From the NCBI RefSeq assembly GCF_006345805.1, contig NC_043000.1, forward strand, positions 71,176,001 to 71,240,000: a stretch of DNA of 64,000 nucleotides, in the 5' to 3' direction. Below, piece after piece: positions 13,026-24,314 of this stretch; position 1 is the stretch's first letter, and every line of letters starts with the position of its first letter. The stretch comes from Octopus sinensis (lineage: Eukaryota). The position numbers were made by a program, and so were the translations under genes. The notes beneath the pieces are model-generated. The model saw only the letters and a list, made by a program, of their open reading frames with translations, made no database searches and was not told where the DNA came from.

Positions 13026-14178
13026 TGTTACGGGATCTCCTCGAAAGTTGGTACGGAATCTCACCTACCGTCGCTCAAACTCGAAACCCGGGATCCTAAC
13101 AAGTCGAGCGACGACGATTGACCAGTCCCGATCGATCACCGAATGTTTGCCACGGAACTCAGAGAGGAGAGAGAGACAACAACAACAACAACAGCTGCAG
13201 GAAGAGACACAAAGGCACAAAGAAACACAGCGGAAGGCAATCGGCTTACATTTAACCTACTAGTTTATAACACTTTATAATTGTTACAACATCAAATACA
13301 TTTAGATACATATCAGGTACATCAAAGAGGAAATACATGCAAATACAACACATCAAAGCTTTTAAACATGCAGATACAATATAACACGTTGACTCAAACC
13401 ATCAATGCATTATACAATGTTCATAGACAAATAAGTTCACGTTACAAATCAATGTTCAATTAACGTACACTTCACATTAACATTACAGTTCAAAGGACAA
13501 TGAACACATATACGTTCAATGTTCATTAAATTCTTTTCAGACTACAACAGAGCCTCTCTCTTTCTTTAACAGTTCTGTAACACATATCAATACAATTTAC
13601 ATTGTTCTTTTTACTGTCTCATTTCTTTTCCAGCCTTTATAACACATCAACAAGTCCTTTACTCAATTCACATATCAATACAACGATTCTTTTTCCTTCT
13701 TTTTCTTCACATATCAAAACATACAATTAACACATACCGTTACATCAGCCAATGCCTCACATTGTAGTTCATCTCTATTAGCTGCCTAATCCTCTGTATC
13801 TCTCTCTCTGTCACAGCAGAACAAACCATTACTAACTCGCTGTACAATCCCAACTGTTCACTCTCTCATGACTGTCTGTCTGTCTGTCTCTGCGCTTCCT
13901 CTTTCAGTACACTGTCACCAGCAGAACAGCCACTGCTAAAATCCAAACTGCCAACTGCTTGCCCTGAATCCCAAATGCCGACTGCCTCTACAGCTCAAAC
14001 TTCCTCCCTCTTAAGGGGTGTCTACAACGAACTTTCCCTGACCAGCACAAGGCCAAAGGTCCCCTAAAAGCTCATTACTCTTTCTAAAACAAAGGACTAT
14101 AACTTTGCATTGTAGACTTTCAGTCTCCAAGCCAAGCAAAGTAGGTCGCCAGATCTGTCCTTAAGCTGAACCACAACA
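13026..14178. mobile_element. Probable solo LTR (~1.15 kb)
   Basis: Non-coding unique block with TGTT...AACA termini, flanked by ATAT on both sides within an (AT)n array. No gag/pol adjacent. Confidence 0.55.
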
Positions 14179-14203
14179 ATATATATATATATATATACAT
14201 TAT

Positions 14204-14258
<55 letters not shown>

Positions 14259-14296
14259 TATATAATATATATATATATATATATATACATACATAC

Positions 14297-14354
<58 letters not shown>

Positions 14355-14390
14355 GCTATATATATATATATATATATATCATATATATAT

Positions 14391-14462
<72 letters not shown>

Positions 14463-14910
14463 TAATATATATACCTACATACATAGATATATATATATTA
14501 TATATACATACATATATATATATATATATATACATACATATATATATATATATAATATATATATCTACATACATATATATACATATATATATACATACAT
14601 ATATATATATATATACATACATATATATACATATATATACATACATATATATATACATATACATATATATACATACATCTATATATATATACATATATAT
14701 ACATACATATATATATATATACATATATATACATACATATATATATATATACATATATATACATACATATATATATATATATACATATATATATACATAT
14801 ATATATGCATATACATATACATACATATATATACATACATATACATATACATACATATATATACATATATATACATACATATACATATACATATATATAT
14901 ACATGTATAT

Positions 14911-14950
<40 letters not shown>
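14179..14950. repeat. (AT)n/(ATAC)n array
   Basis: Directly visible. Confidence 0.95.
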
Positions 14951-14951
<1 letters not shown>

Positions 14952-15319
14952 AACAAATTGAGATAGGGGTTGTAAATGCAACCCTCCATGGGATAACATA
15001 TATCCAATATACTGCTAGTGAAGTACCCAACAAAGTTAATACATAAATGTTAATGATTGCGATGCAATCAATTCATTTACTGTATTATATGGGTAAAGGT
15101 AAAATGATTTACCACAAATTATTAATACAAGACAAGAAAATGGAGAAATACATCTAAATCAAATATCAATTACCAGATCACATACTTTATTAAACCACCA
15201 CATAAGAGACTGTAGGGTTAGATATAAAAAGCAGAACAAATCAGTGTACATAAAGGAATGTACATTAAAAAGTGTACATAAAAAAGTAATGTTGTGTAAT
15301 AATGTTGTGTAATAATGTT

Positions 15320-16468
15320 GGGGGTGCGCTGAAAGTGTAACTGCTAGAATAAGAATAGCCTGGGCAAAGTTCAGGGAGCTTTTACCTCTGCTGGTGACTA
15401 AAGGCCTCTCGCTCAGAGTAAAAGGCAGACTGTATGATGCATGTGTACGAACAGCTATGCTACATGGCAGTGAAACATGGGCCGTGACTGCTGAGGACAT
15501 GCATAAGCTCGTGAGGAATGAAGCCAGTATGCTCCGATGGATGTGTAATGTCAGTGTACTTACTCGACAGAGCGTTAGTACCTTGAGAGAAATGTTGTAC
15601 CTAAGAAGCATCAGTTGTGGTGTGCAAGAGAGACGATTGCGCTGGTATGGTCATGTGGCGAGAATGGATGAAGATAGGTGTGTGAGAAAGTGCCAATCCT
15701 TAGCAGTTGAGGGAACCCGTGGAAGAGGTAGACCCAGGAAAACCTGGGACGAGGTGGTGAAGCACGACCTTCGGATGTTAGGTCTCACCATGGAAATGAC
15801 TAGAGACCGAGACCTATGGAAGTATGCTGTGCGTGAAAAGACCCGGCAAGACTAGTGAAGCCATAACCCGTGGCCCCTACCTGGGACGTAGTCAGTCCAC
15901 CTGTGCATACCTTCCTTATTGTGACACTTGAGAAGACCTGTTGAGGCAAGTGAAAATCAAAATCAAAACCAAATCAAAATAGATGTACATCAATGGAACT
16001 TGTATCCTTTATGGTACCAGTGCCGGTGGCACATAAGAAAACCATCTGAACGTGACCGTAGCCAGTACCGCATCGACTGGCCTCCGTGCTGAGGGCACGT
16101 AACAAACACCATCCGAGCGTGGGCGTTCGCCAGCCTCGTCTGGCACCTGTGCCGGTGACACATAAGAAAACACCATCCGAGCGTGGCCGTCTGCCAGCCT
16201 CGTCTGGTACCTGTGTCGGTGGCACATAAAAAACACCATCCGAACATGGCCGTCTGCCAGCCTCGTCTGGCTCCTGTGTCGGTGGCACATAAAATCACCC
16301 ACTACACTCTCGGAGTGGTTGGCGTTAGGAAGGGCATCCAGCTGTAGAAACACTGCCAGATCTGACTGGCCTGGTGCAGCCTTTGGGCTTGCCAGACCCC
16401 AGTTGAACCGTCCAACCCATGCTAGCATGGAAAGCGAACGTTAAACGATGATGATGATGATGATGATG
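15320..16468 (+). mobile_element. 5'-truncated RTE (BovB-like) LINE: RT C-terminus, 3' UTR with ~64-bp tandem subrepeats, (GAT)n tail
   Basis: ORF 15394-15855 has LHGSETW, RLRWYGHVARM, GRGRPRKTW. Subrepeats start near 16032, 16098, 16161, 16225 and 16288. Confidence 0.9.
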
Positions 16469-16823
16469 GGTGTGGGTGCATACCCATAATACAACATATA
16501 CATATACATATGAGTGCATATAAAAATATACATATACATAATGATATAAGTAAATAATATAAATTAGTAAACATATATATGTGTTCTACATCCAATATCT
16601 CAGTTTTTCGACTCAATATTGTGATAATAAACATACACAAATTAGTACCTAGATGCAAATATACATAGTCAATAGTACATTATATTGCTTCATACTAATT
16701 TCTAAAGTGTCATTAAAGTTAGCATCATTATCGTTGTCAATATCATTAATGTTATCATTATTATCATTCATAATATTAATAACGCTTACATTAGGATCCA
16801 GAGCGGTATATATTTAAGTTCGG

Positions 16824-16957
16824 GTTCCAGTTGGTAATTTTCCTTTTGACATAAATACACTATTGGATTTGAATTTAAAATTATATATGTCTGGATTCCA
16901 GTTAGTAATTTTCCTTATGACATAAATACACTATTGGATTTGAATTTTAAATTATCA
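16824..16957 (+). repeat. Two-copy ~70-bp tandem duplication
   Basis: TTCCAGTT(G/A)GTAATTTTCCTT(T/A)TGACATAAATACACTATTGGATTTGAATTT occurs twice. Confidence 0.8.
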
Positions 16958-17883
16958 TTATCTTCCGCACGGTTGGTCAATTGAGAGCCACCCGACCTCC
17001 ACCACACAAAACATACACATCCACATCTAACCCTAAACCCACACATCCACACAGAGATTCACACACACATGAATACACCCCTACACCTCTCTACACATAC
17101 GCTAAGTTGCAGAGTGCATGTCTGTCATCACATGGCTTATAGACAAATCAGTACAGGCAGCAGTGTCTAATACTAACACACACACTCACACGTACATCCG
17201 CATAAATATTAATACACTTTCCTATACTGTGTCAGGGAACTTTCGCACACACATATATATATTTAAATATATATCTGCGCACTCATACATACAAATAAAA
17301 CCTATATTTATATCCACCCATGAATAAATATTCGCATATACATTTATACATCCAAGTACGTACCTGCGTGCTCATATGTGTAATAAAAACACACATCCGT
17401 ACATCCACCCACTATCATACCTATATGAACAAAAACATATATACGTACACATACACATTTTCACACACCTACAGAAATTACTATTAACTTAGAATAAGTT
17501 TATTAATTATAAATTAAATTAATTATAGATTAGTAAGTGCCAAATAAACAAAAATAAATAATTAAATAAATATGAATATAAATATATATATATATTATAT
17601 ATATATATAATATATATATAATATATATATATATATAACTATATATTTTTGTATATTTTTCCAGTCGGGACAGAAACAATCAATGTAGAACACATACATG
17701 GAGACACAAAAGTTATAAATTATAAATTGTAAGGACCAATAGTACAGTCCTATATAGATGAATGCTAAAAGATTACTGGTAGAAGAATTAGATATTATTT
17801 AAATCTAGAGAAAGTGTACGCCAATTTGTGAAGGCAAAAATAATTTCGGTCATTAATGCTGTTAATATATATATATATATATA

Positions 17884-19500
17884 CAGTGGCGGCCAAAATG
17901 TTCAGAACGGCATTGCTTTCGTCAGAAAAGTAGATATAATTTTTTATCTAAGTTGTTTTATATTCTATAATTTTCACAGACAATAAATATGATATTATTT
18001 GTTATTGCCTGAGATTTTGGTGTAATTTGAGAGGATAATACAAAAGTTATGGATGATTTAGTGATTTACTGCAAAACCCATGGCGGCCAAAATTATCAGA
18101 ACGGTTGCTGTTAGTATATTGAACCAGCGAACTCTAATGTTTTGAATTTGTTTACTTGACGGTTCGTTTACTAAACATTAGTAAGAATATTTGCAGTGTA
18201 CTTTGTTAATATAATGCCACTTACTCTGTTACCAATTCGTCAGCAGATTATTAAGCTTCGAAGGAAGGATAATTTAAGTATTGGATCTATTGCAAAGATT
18301 GTTAACAAGTCAAAATGTGTTGTACATGGTATTCTTAAGGTCTACGATGATTGTGGTTCATGTGAAGCAAGAAAGTTTACAGGTAGGCCAAGAAAAACGA
18401 CCAAGAGAGAAGATCGTGCTATGGTAAAGTTGGTTAAAAAGGACAGATTTAAAACTGCTGCTGCTGTTTCTCGGAAAATGAGCATTGTATTGAAGAAAAC
18501 TTTATCTCGAAAAACTGTGTCTCGTTGTTTAGTTGAACATGACCTACAAGCAAGAGCACCTACAGTGAACCCACTGATCAGCTCCAAGAATAAAAAGTGT
18601 CGTCTTACCTTTGCAACCGAACATGTGTTGTGGTCTGAAGAAAAATGGCAAACGGTGCATTTCAGTGATGAATCTAAGTTTATGCTATTTGGCTCAGATG
18701 GGGAAAGGTACGTTCGTAGAAAGGTAGGTGAAAAATTGTTGCCTAAATGCCTTAAGACTAGTGTTAAATTCGGTGGAGGAAGTGTCATGGTTTGGGGGAT
18801 GATATCTGGAGATGGTGTGGGCCCTTTGGTGCGATTACATGGAAAGTTAAATGCAGGAGTTTATAAACAACTTGTAAAAGATCATGTCTTGCCTGTGCTG
18901 AGAAATTCAACTAAGCGACCACCCATATTCATGCAGGACAATGCCCCATGTCACAAGGCTAAGGTGGTCATGAACTTCCTCAAGGCTGAAAAGGTTATTG
19001 TTATGGATTGGCCTGCTCAAAGCCCAGATCTCAATCCTATTTAAAGTGTATGGAATATTCTAGGAGAACGTTCGAAAGCCAGAAATCCTAAAACAACTGA
19101 GCAATTATGGAATGCCCTTCAGGAAGAATGGAATAAGATCACCCAGCAAGAAATTGAAAATTTAATTTCCTCATGTAGTCGAAGATGTCAGAGTGTGATT
19201 GAAGCTAAAGGGCTTCACACTAAATATTAAATAATTCCAGTATTTTCTGTCATTTTTGATTATTTTGTAATTTTTTCAACCGTTCTGATCATTTTGGCCA
19301 CCATGGGTTTTGCAGTAAATCACTAAATCATTCATAACTTTTGTATTATCCTCTCAAATTACACCAAAATCTCAGGCAATAACAATTAATATTGTATTTA
19401 TTGTCTGTGAAAATTATAGAATATAAAACTACTTTGATAAAAACTTATACCTACTTTTCTGACGAAAACAATGCCATTCTGAACATTTTGACCGCAACTG
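17884..19500 (+). mobile_element. Full-length Tc1 (DD34E) transposon with ~224-bp IR/DR-type TIRs and TA TSD
   Basis: Left end TA|CAGTGGCGGCCAAAATGTTCAGAACGG, right end TTCTGAACATTTTGACCGCAACTG|TA. The inner direct repeat GGCGGCCAAAATTATCAGAACGG (~18082-18104) is mirrored at ~19280-19302. Confidence 0.95.
18214..19230 (+). pseudogene. Tc1 transposase, 338 codons, single in-frame TAA at the catalytic Glu
   Basis: MPLTLLPIRQQII...GRPRKTT...FSDESKF...VMVWG...QDNAPCH...SPDLNPI* (19042-19044). The same frame continues SVWNIL...GLHTKY* to 19230, with 34 residues between the second D and the E position. Confidence 0.92.
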
Positions 19501-20764
19501 TATATATATATGTGTATGTATATATGTATGTATATATATATATATATAAGTATGTGTTTATATATATATATATATATATTTACACATACATATTTGTATA
19601 TACACATGCATATACATACAGGAACAGCTAGAAACATACACGCATATACACATATGGAAAGAGAAGTTGTGAAGGGAATGCTAGAAATTTGTAAATGCCA
19701 TTGACGAAAAATCATACTGTGAGGGAAGAAGAAAAGGTATAGAGGAAGAAAGAAGGAATGAAAGAACAAAGTTAAAGGAGAAAGGAAGGAACAAGCAAAA
19801 AGAGAATAGATGATAGGTGGAAAGAAAAGATGAAGGAAAGAATATGGGTTAAGAGAAGTAGGAAGTAAGAATAAAGATAAGTTGCAGAAATTATTATTAG
19901 GTGGGGGGTAGATATTATTTTAAAAAAGGAATAGAGTGCTTTTTCCAATGTAAACACCTGTAAACTTGTTCATTAATGGTGCTTAACAGTTTATGTTTAG
20001 AAAAGTAGATAGATAGTTGCTCATCCATACAGAGAGGAGAAAAAGATTTTTCCCTTTGTCATAGGGGAATGACCTAAATAAAGTTTTCCAGTCTAAAGGG
20101 GAAAAGTTTGCTAGAGTCTTTAAGGTGCTAAATTAGCTTACTAAGTTCTGTAGAATTATGCTGTTGACTGTAATTGAAGGTAAAAATGGTTCGCTATATG
20201 GGATTTCAACTCCATATAGATGCACGTGCACACACACACACACATACACACAAACACACACACACAGACAGAGAACAAGTTTTAAATGGACTACTGTTAT
20301 AAAAACAAACTGAATGCTCACAACTTCAATTATTAAACAATTTTTTGAAATATAATGTCACAAGGATAATTGGTATTTGACATGTATTATTGCTCTGGCT
20401 TAGAAGCTTTCCTGGTAATTTCCTTTTGCTTGATGCCTAGATGTATGAACATATATATGTTTCTGTAGGATTTATTTATGATTTTACTTTTGCAGAATTC
20501 CAGTCTGTTACATACAAAGCTCTTTTAGTTTGTGGTTATCTGAATTGGTTGATGTGTGCACTCAAGTTGTTGATGTGTATGTTACATTAGCTTGTGTCTG
20601 TCTCATTACTGTTTATGTATCTGCATATTCCCTGACTGTGTGCATGTGTTCATACAGGAAATTCAAATGGCATATCCCTGAAATGTTTTACAAATTTCCA
20701 CTGTATTTTGGGAGTGTGCTCTGTTCTTTTGTTGAGATACCTAGCACTTCTAGATTTTTATGAT

Positions 20765-20884
20765 CTAGCCGTAGAAACACAGCCAGATCAGACTGGGCCT
20801 GATGCAGCCTTCTGGCTTCACAGACCCCAGTTGAACCGTCCAACCCATGCTAGCATGGAAAGCGGACGCTAAATGATGATGATA
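20765..20884 (+). mobile_element. RTE 3'-tail fragment
   Basis: CCGTAGAAACACAGCCAGATCAGACTGGGCC...GCTAGCATGGAAAGCGGACGCTAAATGATGAT. Confidence 0.85.
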
Positions 20885-21901
20885 TGTTGTTAAGCAGTAT
20901 ACAAATGAAAATCTATAGCCTGGATATAGATTTCTCATGAGTTTTTTTAGATGTTCTTATCCCTAATTTTTGACTAGACATTCACATCTGCTGGGAGCTG
21001 ATCCCTTCAACAGTGCCTGACTTTTGCTCCTTGTCCTGTACAACAATATCTGGCCTGTTGTACTGCGACCTGGTTGCTGATTTTATTGGAATGTTCCACC
21101 TGTATTCTTTAGTTTAAAAATATGGATACTTTCTGGTTCTGGTGTGCCTTTGGTATGGCCATCATGACAATCGTTCCTGTGTATAACATTGGAAACAATT
21201 TTATTAATAATGTCATGTCTCATAGGGAGAGAGTACATTGCAGACCTTGGATAGCTGCTGCTGATATGAGTGGTACTTTCCACACTGGTATGGCACAAGT
21301 GACTATCATTGATGTTTAGGTTTAGAAGCATTCCGTATTTAGTAGCTATCTTCTGTTCTTTGACAATAAAGGTGTAGTCTTCTAGGTGAGATGTGATGTA
21401 TTTATTGCCAGTCCGGGGGAAGCTCTAATTTCTGTCATTGTAGTTGGTATCTTCTAAAATGTGAGATATGTACTCATGCATTACTTTCTATTAGTATTAT
21501 GAATACTTCTCCAAATCTTTGTTTATGTTGGTCAGTTCAGCCACCCTTGGTTCACATTGAACCACTGTAACTTAGTTCAGAAGTTCTTCAGTAATCTTAA
21601 AATGTTATTAAACTTTATATTGAGTAAGCGCTTGATGTACTATTTTCTCTCTATTGTTTAGCAGTTGTTAAGTGACTTGATGCTGCACTGAAAAGCTGTC
21701 TGGACTAATTTTATGCCTCTACCTCCTCTTTTCATTTAACATAGATCCTGCCAGTGTTGCTGTTAATGTGGAGAAGTTACCAGTCATTGTTAATATCTTT
21801 CTAATCTTGATGTCCAAGTTGCAGATTTCTTTAAGTTTAGCATTCTGTGTCCTTAAGTTTTCAAACGGGAGATAAGCACTTCCACCCAATAAAGCCAGCA
21901 A

Positions 21902-21942
21902 CCAGAGACTTGTTTCAGGGTAGTTGTTCTTCATCAGTCTGG
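21902..21942 (-). ncRNA. Minimal type-I hammerhead ribozyme motif (copy A; weak stem II)
   Basis: Minus strand: CCAGA CUGAUGA AGAA CAACUA CCCU GAAAC AA GUC UCUGG. Stem I is a perfect 5 bp and the core is intact. Confidence 0.7.
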
Positions 21943-22252
21943 AGTAGCTTGGCTTTGCTAGCTTGATTATTTATTACAGGCACAAGGCCTAATTACAGAG
22001 GGGACATACAAGGACTGGCACTGTGCACATATTGTGGGATATGATTTTATTGAATGAGGAACAGAGTTGGATGATGCCATATAGTCTAAGTATACAATCT
22101 GCAGGTTTTGGTGGTGCTGATTTGCTTCATTAAGGGCAGTTTTGTTGATGAGGAGTTGTTCAATATAACCCCAGCATCCCTTCTTACTTTCTGTCTGTGC
22201 ATCTGTCACTACTTTGTGTGAATTGCAGTGATCCAACCTATGTATAATTCAA

Positions 22253-23009
22253 CGACATCGCTCTTATCAGTGATTCTCTCTCCAATGCCCAGTCTCTTTT
22301 ACAATCTCTTGAACAAGCCTCAAATTGTGTAGGTCTTTACCTCAATGAGGCCAAAACTGAATACATAAACAAGTGCCTGTCCAACCGTGATTGCATCATC
22401 CATACTCTCAACAATGTGCCCTTAAATATGGTTTCTGATTATAAATATCTTGGGTCATACATATCATCATCTGGAAAAGACTTTCTAACTAGAAAGGGTA
22501 TGGCCTGGTCAGCCTGTAATGACATGCATAAGATCTGGTCATCAAATCTAAGTAGAGACTTCAAACTTGAAATATTCAAAGCCACAGTCGAACCAATTCT
22601 ACTATATGGCTCAGAAACCTGGACGCTATCAAAGAAGCTTGAGAGGCGGTTGGATGGAACCTACACTCGCCTCCTTATGAGAGCTCAAAATCTCTCGTGG
22701 AAGCGCCATCCAACCAAAATGCAAATATATGGGAAACTACCACATGTGTCATCTCTTGTGAAAGGTAGGAGAGTCCAGTTTGCTGGACATTGTTGTAGAG
22801 CTGAAAAAGAAATAATTTCTACTCTTCTCCTCTGGAAGCAATCTACTCGCAATACCAGAGGGCGCACACTCTCCTACCCTGATGTAATCTCCAGGGATAC
22901 AGGCATCCAGCAACAGGACCTCCGTAATGCCATGATGGACCGTGAAGTCTGGCATAGCATGGTAAATTCCATTGTCTCCACCACGGTCGAACGATGATGA
23001 ATGATGATG
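22253..23009 (+). mobile_element. 5'-truncated RTEX-like LINE with 9-bp TSD ATAATTCAA
   Basis: ORF 22416-22997 has YKYLGSYI and LLYGSETWTL; (GAT)n tail; ATAATTCAA at 22244-22252 and 23010-23018. Confidence 0.9.
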
Positions 23010-23784
23010 ATAATTCAAGAATACTGTGGGCCTGTAGTTTCTGGCTTCATACATCTTCTGGATTTTTAGCTACTAGTGTTTTAGGTGCAACTGCTAACCA
23101 GTCTGGCTTATCACTCTTAGCATTTGTTGTTCTTTTGAACAGATTAAAGAGGCCTAGTCTGTAGAATGTTAGCTTTCTATACAAATAAGCTCCCTCCCAG
23201 GTGATTTTCTGTTTAGTAGTCTTGCAACAACCATCATGAAAATTTTACTGTTGATATTTCACTATTGGTATAAATTTTGGAAGAGATGTTTGCACAGTAT
23301 TTACTCACTCTTCTAGCCACCTTACGTAACAGTTGTGTTGTTTGTTTACATCCCTGATAACCTCTCTAAAATGACTTTAGATAATCTTGGGGAGGAGCTT
23401 TTATGACCTTGATAGTATGGTCTTTCATACACCAACACACTGCTTGTAAGTTTAGTACAAATTTAGATTTGACAGTCTTGCATTCTGGTAACTCTTTGAA
23501 ATTGCAAGATTTTTTCACTTGCTGCTCACAGCTCATGTGTGTTGGGGTTGGGTGGGTACATGCATGCAATCATGTATGTTAGATCCAGCACAAGAGAAGC
23601 TTTAATGGATTTAAGATCTCAAAGTTTTCTTCTCAGATGTTGATTACCAGAAAAGTTTAATGTAATGAAAAGCAACTGTTTTTGCCACAGAAAATATTTT
23701 GATGTGTAAAGAAGACAAATTATTCTCTTTTGGAATTAGTGAATATAAATGAAAATAATATAACTGTTGTTAAATTATAACATA

Positions 23785-24065
23785 ATATTAGAAATATTGC
23801 ATTTCTAAATCTCTGAGAGAGTTATGCAGTAGCAGCACGATAAAGTAATTATTTGTTGCTAACTTAATGTGGCAATCCCAGGAAAGGGAAGAATGCTACT
23901 GCTATTTAGCCCCAAGAAACACCGTTTCTAGTTGGCTATGTTACACAAGCGTTCTGTGTCCTTAAGTTTTCAAACGGGAGATAAGCACTTCCACCCAATA
24001 AAGCCAGCAACCAGAGACTTGTTTCAGGGTAGTTGCTCTTCATCAGTCTGGAGTAGCTTGGCTTT
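23785..24065 (-). repeat. HHR-bearing non-coding repeat (retrozyme- or pLTR-like)
   Basis: Aligns along its length with 29030-29300 and contains the HHR at 24011-24051. Confidence 0.8.
24011..24051 (-). ncRNA. Minimal type-I hammerhead ribozyme motif (copy B)
   Basis: CCAGA CUGAUGA AGAG CAACUA CCCU GAAAC AA GUC UCUGG. Confidence 0.78.
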
Positions 24066-24314
24066 GCTAGCTTGATTATTTATTACAGGCACAAGGCCTA
24101 ATTACAGAGGGGACATACAAGGACATGCAGGAACATAAAATATATGAAGGATCAATGAGAAATGAATAAAATAACAATGCAAATGAGACAGCCATCTTAC
24201 TCCTGCTGCGAAATGAAACTGTGGATTCCTTTTCCTTAAACTTTTACACAACCTCTAGCCTCACACCTAGGTGAAACCACGACTTCCCTTTTTGCTTTTG
24301 CTTACAATTACATA

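Larger units (their letters stand above)
21080..23330 (-). pseudogene. Old R4/Dong-like (REL-type) non-LTR retrotransposon remnant, interrupted by later insertions
   Basis: Degenerate motifs in order on the minus strand: NYRPTVFLN, KKGCWGYIEQLLINK..YLDYMASSNSVPH (cf. QKGC..DQLLI.K..IDYKKAFDSVPH), EICNLDIKIRKILTMTGNF, HISSSYP..YSLPMRHD (cf. CCHC knuckle and RH motif). Confidence 0.65.

Noticed and set aside
15975-16300. Regularly spaced repeats resembling a CRISPR array
   Set aside because: Whole ~64-bp units are homologous (no unique spacers), they lie in an RTE 3' UTR, and no cas genes are present.
19042-19044. Rescue of the Tc1 stop codon by A-to-I editing
   Set aside because: Full editing of UAA would read as Trp, not the catalytic Glu, so it would not restore activity.
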